Origin: a virus
Virus record (IMG/VR): IMGVR_UViG_3300026473_000477
Span: 15,615 to 79,614 of that record
Reading direction: 5' to 3' (one strand)
Length of the DNA: 64,000 bases
The position numbers and the translations under genes are program-made. This document shows, one piece after another, positions 1 through 9,600 of this stretch (its first letter is position 1; every line of letters begins with the position of its first letter). A model generated the notes under the pieces. That model did not search any database, was not told the origin of the DNA, and was given only the letters and a program-made list of their open reading frames with translations.

Positions 1-115
1 AAAAAGATTTCAAGTAGGGAATTTTTCAATAACTTAGGTAAAAAGAAGTAAGTTAACTAGTTGATTTTAAAGGAATATTTAATTTTTATTAGCGATAGAG
101 TAAATAAAGTATTGA

Positions 116-129
116 AATATCGCTATTAT
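116..129 (+). promoter_or_regulatory. Putative late-promoter motif AATATCGCTATTAT
   Basis: Same 14-mer at 6103 and 21627, variants at 14909 and 11841; each copy is intergenic and upstream of a virion gene block. Confidence 0.6.
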
Positions 130-252
130 TAGTATATGTGATCGATATTTTGCATAGCTTTTACAGACTTTGAATATCCTCGGACTTCAAATATCTCAAA
201 AGTGAAAGAATTATTGAAAATATATAGTAACGATAAAACAAAGGAAATTAAA

Positions 253-531
253 ATGGCTAAATATGCCTTAACAGACGCAGGATTACAGAACATTGAAACT
301 AAAACTGTAACCCTTTTAGATGCTGCTGCTAATATCGGTAACTTCGATACTAACGCAATCACTATCCCTGCTGCTAACCTTCCTGCTGACTCTGTAGAGA
401 GATTGGTAGTTCTTGGTACAGACGGAGAAGCTATTGAGTATACTATCGTTGATAACGAAATTGTCATCGGTTCAGTTTCAACTCCAGTATCAAACGATAC
501 AGTATTACTAATTATCATTAAACTTAAGTAA
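253..531 (+). CDS. Small capsid-associated/decoration-type protein (92 aa)
   Basis: AAGGA SD before ATG 253, preferred over GTG 202; immediately upstream of the capsid gene. Confidence 0.5.
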   Translation: MAKYALTDAGLQNIETKTVTLLDAAANIGNFDTNAITIPAANLPADSVERLVVLGTDGEAIEYTIVDNEIVIGSVSTPVSNDTVLLIIIKLK

Positions 532-556
532 TTTAAGCTAAACAAAGGAAAACACA

Positions 557-1819
557 ATGTCACAACAAGTTAACACGGTCCAAACGCTAGATGGACATTT
601 TAAAGAAATCTATGCTCCAATGATCAGAGATCTAGTACCTGAAGGATTTAAAGTTCTTTCTATGGTTGATTTCTCATCTGCTGAAAAACAACTCGGTCAA
701 TCATATAATCAACCAGTAACTCTTGGATTAGAGCATGGTATTACTTATGGTGGATCTGAAGGTGTTGCATTCCTTCTTAACGCTGCTGTTGCTACTCCAA
801 ACAGAAATGCTAACGTATCTGGATCAGAAATGGTTCTCGTATCTGCAATCTCTGTTGGTGCTGCTTCAAGATCAGTTTCTAAGAAAGGTGCATTTGAGCA
901 AGAAACAAAAAGACTAGTTCAAAACATGCTCAAGTCTACTCAAACAAGACTTGAAATCCAACTTATGTATGGTCAAGTTGGTATCGCTAAAGTTAAATCT
1001 GTTTCAGGAAACATCATCTCTATTTGTGATGCTGAATGGGCTGCTGGTATCTGGTCTGGATCGAAAAACGCTCCACTAGAAATCAGATCTCAAGCTGGTG
1101 TTCTTAGAGGTTACTGTAACGTAAGTAAGCCATCTCTTGCTAATAAGACTGTTGAAGTTGATTTAGTTCCAGCTGGTGTTACTGGTAACGCTGATCCAGA
1201 AAATGCTGCTGCTGACGTTATTTACTTCAAAGGTGCTTACGGTAAAGAATTTGCTGGTCTTCATAAGATCATCACTTCTGAAGGTACACTATTTGGAATT
1301 GATACAGCTGAACATGACCTTTTCAAAGGTAACACTGTTCCAGTTGGAACAAACGCTACATCTGGTGCTGACTTCATCTCTTTCGAGAAGATTGAAGATT
1401 CTATCGCTCTTGCTATGGAAAAAGGCTTAACTGAAGAAACTGTTGTTGCTCTAGTTAACCCTAAACACTGGAACAAGCTAATGACTGACCAAGCTGCTAA
1501 GAGACAATACGATCAGTCGTACTCTTCTGACAAGCTTGAGCAAGGTACAACTAAACTAGTATTCCACGGACAAAACGGATTGATCGAAGTTCACGCTTCT
1601 CTTTACGTTAAAGAAGGGTATGCTTATGTATTCCCACCGAAGGAACTTGAGAGAATTGGATCAAGTGACATCACTTTTGACAGGCCAGGAATGGAAGGTA
1701 AATTCTTCAGAGAAATGGATTCTGCAATGGGTTATGAATTAAGATGTTATTGCGATCAGGCGCTCTTTACATCCGCGCCGGGCAAAATGACTGTACTCAA
1801 GTACATCAAAGTAGCTTAA
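557..1819 (+). CDS. Major capsid protein
   Basis: 420 aa, strongly biased codons, AAAGGA SD, followed by a strong terminator; coat-protein-like size and composition. Confidence 0.75.
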   Translation: MSQQVNTVQTLDGHFKEIYAPMIRDLVPEGFKVLSMVDFSSAEKQLGQSYNQPVTLGLEHGITYGGSEGVAFLLNAAVATPNRNANVSGSEMVLVSAISVGAASRSVSKKGAFEQETKRLVQNMLKSTQTRLEIQLMYGQVGIAKVKSVSGNIISICDAEWAAGIWSGSKNAPLEIRSQAGVLRGYCNVSKPSLANKTVEVDLVPAGVTGNADPENAAADVIYFKGAYGKEFAGLHKIITSEGTLFGIDTAEHDLFKGNTVPVGTNATSGADFISFEKIEDSIALAMEKGLTEETVVALVNPKHWNKLMTDQAAKRQYDQSYSSDKLEQGTTKLVFHGQNGLIEVHASLYVKEGYAYVFPPKELERIGSSDITFDRPGMEGKFFREMDSAMGYELRCYCDQALFTSAPGKMTVLKYIKVA

Positions 1820-1843
1820 GCTTTTCAAACACCTATCTAGTGG

Positions 1844-1874
1844 CAAAGCCTCCGTTCAGGGGGCTTTGTTTTTT
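1844..1874 (+). terminator. Intrinsic terminator after capsid gene
   Basis: CAAAGCCTCC-GTTCA-GGGGGCTTTG followed by a T run, at the convergence with the RNA ligase gene. Confidence 0.85.
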
Positions 1875-2922
1875 AGATTAATAAATTTCCAGTTGGTCTA
1901 ATCGCCTTCATTATTAGTCCATCTAGTCCTTTTTGTAGAAAAAAAGAAAATACATAAATATTATAAGGATGATCATTTTCTTTAAGGTACAATCCTAAGT
2001 TCTTTCTATCTTCAGGAAGTAGATCGAATTGTTTTTTATTTAATGCTTCGTATGATATTTTTTTACAATACATTCCAATATTGTATTCTAATTCTTCGTA
2101 GTTTTTCTCTAATTTTTTAGCTATTTCTTTATAGGGATCTGAAAACTCTTCAGGAATACTAGCCATGAGCTTAGAGCATACCTTTCCGTCTTTCATAGAT
2201 TCCCACAAAGTTAATGGAGATAATCCTGATTTAATTCTGTGCATTTTAACATACTCATCACCTTTAAACTTCGCTCTTGTTCCATCTTCAAACTTTACAA
2301 CATAGCCTTCTTCGTTAAATGGTAGTTCTTTAAGTTTTTTCTGTAATTGTCCCAAGTCTGAAAAATCATAAGTTTTAGCTTCTGAATCAAATGCATGGAG
2401 AGAATCCTCTGCTCCATTTTTTGTATCAAATGATGTCAAAAATACAAGTTTTTCTTCTCCTTTATAGTCAACAACAATGCGATTTTCTGGATAAATAATC
2501 TCAACTAAATATGTTTTATTTATTGAAAGATTTCCCATAAAGGGTTCAAGAAGCTCTAGTCCTTTTTTAGCTTGATCTGATTCAAAACTTCCACGAGTAT
2601 TTACTCTCCATTCTCCATCATAGAAATATATAATCCCTAATGAACCATCCATTTTTTCGGCTACAGTAAATCTTTGGGACATTAATTCAGTCTGTCTTTC
2701 GGGACTAAGCTCTGAAAAATTAAAGAATTTAGGAAAAGCACGAGCTACGATATTGCCTGTGGATAATTCATATACAGAGCCTCTAGCATTTAGTGTAACT
2801 TCGTCCCAAGCTTTCTCCCATTGGCACTTTTCAGTGTAATCAAATAACACAAGCTTTCCACAAGTAGAAATTTTTTTAGAGATAAGTCCCTGTTCCACAT
2901 ATTTATCAAATCTACTTAACAT
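1873..2922 (-). CDS. rnlA: T4 Rnl1-type ATP-dependent RNA ligase
   Basis: AFPKFFN, motif I EKMDGSLG, motif IV EGYVV, motif V KFK. Confidence 0.9.
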   Translation of the reverse strand: MLSRFDKYVEQGLISKKISTCGKLVLFDYTEKCQWEKAWDEVTLNARGSVYELSTGNIVARAFPKFFNFSELSPERQTELMSQRFTVAEKMDGSLGIIYFYDGEWRVNTRGSFESDQAKKGLELLEPFMGNLSINKTYLVEIIYPENRIVVDYKGEEKLVFLTSFDTKNGAEDSLHAFDSEAKTYDFSDLGQLQKKLKELPFNEEGYVVKFEDGTRAKFKGDEYVKMHRIKSGLSPLTLWESMKDGKVCSKLMASIPEEFSDPYKEIAKKLEKNYEELEYNIGMYCKKISYEALNKKQFDLLPEDRKNLGLYLKENDHPYNIYVFSFFLQKGLDGLIMKAIRPTGNLLI

Positions 2923-3892
2923 TTAGCTCTCTTTTGTAAAACTTAAGCAATATCTCATCTAAGTATATACGTTCCAATCTTTCTGGTAAAGTACTTTCTT
3001 TACACAATCTTTCAAGTTCCTCAAGTCCAGCTTCAATTTCTGGCTCTAACTCTTTGTAATCAATCTCTCCTGCTTTAATCTTTTTTAAACGAATAAGATT
3101 TTCACCAATATGCGGTAAAGTAATAGTTCCAGTTGAAAGTAGTTCTTGACCTTGATATAAGCATCTCATGGCATGGGACAAAGCTTTCCAATCTATACCG
3201 TTATTATGTTTAGCTTCTCTTGCTCTTTGTCCATATTTTTTATACTCATCATTTAGACACTTAGTAATAACTTGGAAAGGAGTGTCTTGATCAAACCTTT
3301 TACCAAGAACATTAATTGCTGGCTTAGAAGAAGTAGAAGTAGGATGTAAAGTAGTAAAGTTTACATACTTAAAGTCTCTAAAAGCTACGACAAGTTCGTT
3401 CCACGAATGCTTTAGTTTCGCTCCTTTAAAATCATGAGAATGTTCTAATTCTTTGAGAATCTTAACTACATTATTAAGCTCTCCCATTCTAGAACCTTTA
3501 ATTCCGTATTTGTTGGCTTGCTGTCTAGCATATCCTATCATTGCGTTAATTTTCTTACTGACGAGTGTTTCTCTGATTGATAAAATATCATCCCATTCTT
3601 TTGACTTTTCAATAATAAATTGATCTGGAGTAAACAATAACTCTAACGCTGCTGTATCTCCGTTTTCTATCATATTTAAGAATTTACGAAGACTATATAG
3701 CTCAGTGTCTACATCGTCTTTTGTATTCTTAGAATAATCATTTCCTGTAGAATATCTAATAGTATCTGAATAATTACCTAAAATAATATCATCATTACTA
3801 GGAATAAAGACCCCTTTGTAGTCCATATCAGAGCTAGGAGTGTTCGTTCCAAATAAATGAGATCCTGCAATGGATTTAATTAAAATTTTCAT
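2912..3892 (-). CDS. Pol-beta-superfamily nucleotidyltransferase (RlaP / T4 NrdC.11-like)
   Basis: GSHLFGTNTPSSDMDYKG (GS...DxD) and DWKALSHAMR; overlaps the RNA ligase gene. Confidence 0.8.
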   Translation of the reverse strand: MKILIKSIAGSHLFGTNTPSSDMDYKGVFIPSNDDIILGNYSDTIRYSTGNDYSKNTKDDVDTELYSLRKFLNMIENGDTAALELLFTPDQFIIEKSKEWDDILSIRETLVSKKINAMIGYARQQANKYGIKGSRMGELNNVVKILKELEHSHDFKGAKLKHSWNELVVAFRDFKYVNFTTLHPTSTSSKPAINVLGKRFDQDTPFQVITKCLNDEYKKYGQRAREAKHNNGIDWKALSHAMRCLYQGQELLSTGTITLPHIGENLIRLKKIKAGEIDYKELEPEIEAGLEELERLCKESTLPERLERIYLDEILLKFYKRELNVK

Positions 3893-4058
3893 ATTCTATA
3901 ATCCAATTTCAGCACAATCGAAGTTATATATAAATACAGTTTTTTCTTGTTTAGATAACATTGTTTGCACTGGGCTTCTATAAAGAAGAATATTATGAAA
4001 TCCTCCAGTGAAGTAAGGTTTTATATCTAAAAATGCAAAACTTCCAATAAAACTCATA

Positions 4059-4994
4059 TTAAAAATTTCCAGGTCTGACTTGAAAACAGTTTAATCCTAA
4101 CTCTCTCCATTTTATCACAACTTGATCTCGATCGTCAAGTACATACTTAACATTATAAAAAGGTTCAATTTCGTATCTATATAACATAGCTTTAGTAATA
4201 TCGTCAGACTTATAGTTAATCTTAGGGCGCATCTTTAAAGCTGTATATGGGATATTATGCTTGGCTAACCATTCTTCAGTTTCCTTTCTATAATCTTCTG
4301 GTCTTCCAGAACACAAAACTACTTCAGTCCCGGCTTCAAATTCCATTTCTAAAATCCCTCGAACATCTTCATATACTGAATCATTTATACATTCCCTAAA
4401 GAACTTACCCCAATCTTTCTTACCTTCACCTTTTACATGATTAAGTCTATGATCGAGATTAGCAAGCGTACCATCTATGTCTACCATTATTGCAGACTTT
4501 GATGAAAATTTATCAGAGATTCTAATTACTTCGCCCTCTTCTTCGGTAACTTCCTCATATCTAGAGAAGAAAGTATTTAATGCTGAGGTAGCAGAATTAG
4601 ATTTGTGTGTATCTATAGTATCTTTAAAGTGTTTAAGAGAATACTCATCCCCTGGAACTGGTCTACCGAGTATCCCATTAATTGTAGGATGACCTTCTCT
4701 ATCCATACAACGATCATAACAAATCTGTCTAGGAACTACAAACTCGACAAAGTTTACATCATATCCATTTTTAATCGCTTCAAGTCTGTATTTATCTCGT
4801 TGTTGTTTATCAAAGTTCATTCTATCGACTACGATATCTGAACCAGCATTCATGCTGGATTTAAATAAATCTAAATGACCTTGTTTACCTTGATCATCTT
4901 GAGATATTCTAATATATCCAGAATTTTCAAGTGATTTAGCGTATGTAGACTTTCCTGATCCTGGTGGTCCAATCAATATAGTTAGTTTATTCAT
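4059..4994 (-). CDS. pseT: Polynucleotide 5'-kinase/3'-phosphatase
   Basis: P-loop GPPGSGKST, HAD motif DIDGT, SGRP and LDDR. Confidence 0.9.
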   Translation of the reverse strand: MNKLTILIGPPGSGKSTYAKSLENSGYIRISQDDQGKQGHLDLFKSSMNAGSDIVVDRMNFDKQQRDKYRLEAIKNGYDVNFVEFVVPRQICYDRCMDREGHPTINGILGRPVPGDEYSLKHFKDTIDTHKSNSATSALNTFFSRYEEVTEEEGEVIRISDKFSSKSAIMVDIDGTLANLDHRLNHVKGEGKKDWGKFFRECINDSVYEDVRGILEMEFEAGTEVVLCSGRPEDYRKETEEWLAKHNIPYTALKMRPKINYKSDDITKAMLYRYEIEPFYNVKYVLDDRDQVVIKWRELGLNCFQVRPGNF

Positions 4995-4999
4995 GTTTC

Positions 5000-5275
5000 C
5001 TACTTTTTTAATTTCTCAAATCTTTCTTTATATTCCTTAAACTCATTAGCATCACGCTCTTTCTCAAATTGGAACTTCTCCAGTCTAGCTATATATTTCC
5101 TACAATGATGAATTAAACTCTGCATGAAATCTTTAAAGTATTCATGAGTATAGTTATTATACTTTTCGATAATTTTAACATACCTTTTAAGATTTTTCAA
5201 GTCACTAGGTTGTTTTCCAGACTTTCGATCCTTATTGTACCTAACTTCATTTTCATCTTTAATGTCATATCCCAT
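5000..5275 (-). CDS. Hypothetical protein
   Basis: 91-aa ORF coupled to its neighbours (TAATG overlap). Confidence 0.55.
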   Translation of the reverse strand: MGYDIKDENEVRYNKDRKSGKQPSDLKNLKRYVKIIEKYNNYTHEYFKDFMQSLIHHCRKYIARLEKFQFEKERDANEFKEYKERFEKLKK

Positions 5276-5820
5276 TAACTACCTACTTTCCAAGTTTCTC
5301 GGTTATATTTATAATTACCTAATATTTTATTTGAATTAAAACAAAGTCCTTTATCCTTAAACTGAATCCTATATTGGGGATAAATATATAAATTACCGTC
5401 TTTTCCCATAAGCGCATGAGTCTGCTTCCAATGCTCGGAATTTCGACTTAAATCGTTATTGCCAATATAATCGATTGTAAATAAATATTCAGCTTCAATA
5501 AGCTTTTTGCTGGAAGTCTTAACAACGCAACTCATATATCTTAATGTATCAAAACAAATAACCTGAATTTCTGATCCAATGTTATCCCACATTAAAACTT
5601 CTTCCAGTGGCTTAATTTCAGCCTTTTCATTAAAAGCTATAGCATTGACTGGTAAACCTGTAAATAACGCACCATCATCAGTTAAAACGCTAATTTGAAT
5701 GGCTTGATTCTGCAATGCTCGACAAGAAATAAGATGAGCATAAGTATAGCCTTTTTTCTTGTCCCAATAAAGAAACTCATTCCTTACCCATACTTGAATT
5801 GGAGGAAGATTATCGTTCAC
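5275..5820 (-). CDS. Hypothetical protein
   Basis: 181-aa ORF, AAGGA SD with GTG start, in operon. Confidence 0.65.
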   Translation of the reverse strand: MNDNLPPIQVWVRNEFLYWDKKKGYTYAHLISCRALQNQAIQISVLTDDGALFTGLPVNAIAFNEKAEIKPLEEVLMWDNIGSEIQVICFDTLRYMSCVVKTSSKKLIEAEYLFTIDYIGNNDLSRNSEHWKQTHALMGKDGNLYIYPQYRIQFKDKGLCFNSNKILGNYKYNRETWKVGS

Positions 5821-5942
5821 TTTTTTCCTTTTTCTAGCTTTTTTTGCACATATTTTATTAAATTATAGCCTAAAATAGCTGGAATTGCCCCAGGAATTAT
5901 TAATATTGCTACTATTTGGACTATATCATTCTTTTTTTTCAT
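5817..5942 (-). CDS. Small membrane peptide (41 aa, not in ORF track)
   Basis: MKKKNDIVQIVAILIIPGAIPAILGYNLIKYVQKKLEKGKK; its stop overlaps the next start (GTGA); no clear SD. Confidence 0.45.
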   Translation of the reverse strand: MKKKNDIVQIVAILIIPGAIPAILGYNLIKYVQKKLEKGKK

Positions 5943-5950
5943 AAGTTATT

Positions 5951-5993
5951 AAAAAAACTAGGCATAACCTGAAGAGGGATTGGCTATGCCTAG
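5951..5993 (-). terminator. Intrinsic terminator-like hairpin
   Basis: Minus strand CTAGGCATAGCC-AATCCCTCTTCA-GGTTATGCCTAG-TTTTTTT. Confidence 0.75.
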
Positions 5994-6038
5994 CAAGGAT
6001 TAAGCTAAGTATAGATTCCTATAAGTAGCTGTAATTGC

Positions 6039-6067
6039 ATTATATATTACATATTGTAATTTGTCAA
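6039..6067 (-). promoter_or_regulatory. Consensus sigma70 promoter
   Basis: TTGACA-N17-TATAAT on the minus strand. Confidence 0.85.
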
Positions 6068-6102
6068 TAAATAAATTAATAAAATTGAAAAATAATCTCT
6101 GT

Positions 6103-6116
6103 AATATCGCTATTAT
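6103..6116 (+). promoter_or_regulatory. Putative late-promoter motif
   Basis: AATATCGCTATTAT, 28 nt before the GAGG-preceded ATG at 6145. Confidence 0.6.
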
Positions 6117-6144
6117 ATAATATAGGCTTTTTCTGTGAGGTAAT

Positions 6145-6618
6145 ATGTCAAAGAATGTAACTGTAGGGAATCAGGATTTTGAGATTCCTGAAGCTGGAGC
6201 AAACCCAGGATATGCGGAAGAACTTACAGATTTCTTTGTAGCCGTTGCTGATAGTTTAGCTTCAATTGTTGGACCAAATGACATCGCTCTCACAACTGCT
6301 GTTATTAACAATAACGTAATGACTCCAACTCCAATTCCAGGATTTTCCTTCTCAACTGCTTCAGTTCGTGCAATTAATGCTGAATTTCTAGTGGAAAGGT
6401 TTACAACTTCGCCAGTTCAATCATTTGTTGAAAGTGGAAAAATTGAGGGAAATTTCGACGGATCAAACTGGACAATAACTATTCAAACTGAAGGCGATGC
6501 TCAAATTGACTTTGACATTCAGCCATCAGGTCAAATCGTCTACACAACAAGTAACATAGTCGGACTAGGTTATTCTGGAAGTGTTAGATTCAGAGCTAAA
6601 ACAGTAAGTAATACTTAA
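6145..6618 (+). CDS. Virion structural protein
   Basis: Beta-rich 157-aa ORF heading the tail-fibre operon. Confidence 0.6.
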   Translation: MSKNVTVGNQDFEIPEAGANPGYAEELTDFFVAVADSLASIVGPNDIALTTAVINNNVMTPTPIPGFSFSTASVRAINAEFLVERFTTSPVQSFVESGKIEGNFDGSNWTITIQTEGDAQIDFDIQPSGQIVYTTSNIVGLGYSGSVRFRAKTVSNT

Positions 6619-6628
6619 TAGGAGATAT

Positions 6629-9600
6629 ATGATTTCTAAAAAGAGATTTAAAAGAGGAATTGTAATTAAGCCAGATACCGAAGTCTTGGAAGGGATTAAT
6701 GGTGAGCTTAAAGTAGATTCAGCTGATAGTAAAATTAAAACTACTCTTGGCGGAACTCCTCATGAAGTTATAACTAATGATCAAATGCAGACATTGACTA
6801 ATAAATCAATTGATGCTGATAATAATACTATTTCCAATTTAGAGGTAGATAACCTTAAGGCTGGAGTTCTTGACACAGACCTTAACATGGTATCTCCAAT
6901 GGATGATACTATTCCTTCGGCTAAGGCTACAAAAGCTTACGTTGACGCTGCTGCTGCAACTGCTGATGCTAACCTTCAGGCGCACATAAACGATGCTATC
7001 GACGCTCACGATGCCTCTGCTATCTCTAACATACCTTTTGGAACAATCTCTTCTACAGACGTACAATCTGCTATTAATGAGCTAGATGGCGACATTCAAG
7101 GTCACATTAATGACATGATTGATGCTCATGATGCTTCAGCTATTTCTGTTATTCCAACTGGAAATCTTTTATCAGATAACGTACAAGATGCTTTAGTTGA
7201 ACTTCAACTTGAAAATGATACACAAGTTGTTGGTCCAGCAATGGCTACCGATAATGCTATTGCTAGATTTGATGGGACTACTGGCAAACTTATTCAGGAC
7301 TCTAATGTAACAGTTAGCGATCTTGGGGACGTTGTTACTCCAGCTTCAGTTACAGCTGATACAATTACTGGAACAAGTTCAGTAACCTCGCCAATAGTCA
7401 ATGCTAATACTAAATTAAATACTCCTGAAGTGTCGTCTGCTGGTTCTCTTACTTTAAGCCCAGCTACTCATACTTCAAATTCAAATAAACAAATTAAAGA
7501 TGTTGCTGATCCAACTGATCCTCAAGATGCTGCTACAAAAGCTTATGTTGATGGAGCTTCTGCCAATGTTGAAATTCTTGACGAGGGAGTTTCGATTACT
7601 GGAACTGTAGAATCAATTAACTTTGTTGGAGCTGGAGTTACAGCTACAGCAGTTGGTAATGATGTTACAGTAAATATTCCGGGTGGAGGAGGAGGTGGAG
7701 GTACTGGTGTTGGAGATCTTGATACTATCTTTACCGATGACTTTGAAACTTCAGTTTTAGCTGATTACATCCAAGTCGGACTTGCAATTGTAACAGCAAA
7801 TGCTTTACATGATAACTTCTCTGCTAGACTCATTCATCAAACAGCTACTCCAACCCCAGGATTAACTCAATACTTTGAGCGTACAATTCCTTTAGATGAT
7901 GCCTTTCAAAAGAAGGTTGTAGAGTTTGCAGTTAAGCTAAAATCTACTGCCTCTAGTGGTAACATTACAGTATCAGTTAAAGATCAACTCGGAGCTACTT
8001 TATACTCAGGAGTTCTTGAATCTAACTCAAGACAGATTGCTAACCTAACTACGACTACTGGTTCTGCTACTGTTGGAGGATTTACTAACGCTAACATCAT
8101 GACTGTTGAGGTTAATCAATTAGTCACTGGTACAGGTATTCCAACTGGTACTTATATCACGGCAGTCAATACTGGGGCTTTGACAGTAACATTATCAGCT
8201 AACGCTACTGCGACTGGTACAACTACACTTTCATTTTCATCTGAGTCATTAGAGCAGAAATTTACTTTCACTACTCTTGAGAATACTACTTCTCTCGTTT
8301 ATCGCATCAATGCCTTAGTTCAAAATGGATTACCAGAATCATACTTTGATGATGTTGTAATTAAACTGGCTGATGCTTATGAGAATAATGTTGCGTTAAT
8401 TGAAGAGGAGGATACTGCGATTGTTGCCGCTGGTAATAACGGAGAAGTAATCACGGTAGACGTTACTAATATCCCATTTAACTTAGTTTCAAGTAAGGGA
8501 TCGGATATTTTATCTGGTGTCGGTACATATACAGCACTTGAGAGTGGTCTTTATAACTTTACTGGATCAGTATTTTTTACTGCTGCAGCTACAAGAGCTA
8601 TTAGAATTTATGTAAATGGAGTAGTTTTAAGAACTGTTTCCGACTCTCCTAACGCTGCACAATTTAAGTTTGATGTTTCTAATATTAACCTCATGGCTGG
8701 TGATATTGTATCATTCAGGGCTAACGCTACTGGTGGAACTTTATCAAACAGCACGACACTTCACTGGATTAATATTTCAAAACAAGGCTCACTTAAACAA
8801 ATCGTTACTAACGGAGAGTCTAAAATCTCCATTCCAACATCAGAGCTAAGATTTGAAGGTGCTTCAACTAGAGGTACAACAAATACGCAAGTAGTTAGAT
8901 TTGACAACGTAACAAAGGTTCGTGGCGGAGATTTGACTTACACGAATACTGCGACTAATGGTACAGAAATTACGTTCCTAAAATCGGGGCTTGTAAACAT
9001 TCAAACTCAGTACATTACAGTTGCAGGACAAAATGTCTATATCGCCAAGAATGCTCTAACTCAAGCGGCAACAAATGGAGAAACTGCCTTAGCAATTAAC
9101 GTAAACGGATCAACTGGTAACTTCACTGAAGCTATCTATTCTGGATTTATTAAGGCAGGAGATGTTGTTAGAGTTCTCGCAGGGGTTAACCCAACGGCTG
9201 ATATTAGAAACTCTCTCAATATCACATTCCAAGCTCAAGAAATTCAAGTATCAGTATCTAATACTTTACCTCAATTCTCTGACTCAGATACAAGCATTAG
9301 ATTGGATACAGCTAATGGTTACGGATCGGTTGGAACTAAGATTAGAAGGTTTTTAAATCTTAGAGAGAATTTTGATAAAGATGTAACTTATATACCAAGT
9401 GCTATTAATGGTGACTCATTCTTAATTCTTGAGGATGGGATTTATAACATCAGTTATACCGACTATCAAAACGCTGTAAGGGTTGGTATTACGTTAAACT
9501 CTAACAATATATCAACAAACGTATCTACTTTAGCCCTTAATCCGAACAATGAGGTTTTAGCTCTTGTTGCCACAGGGGTTATTGATATTGAATGTGCATC

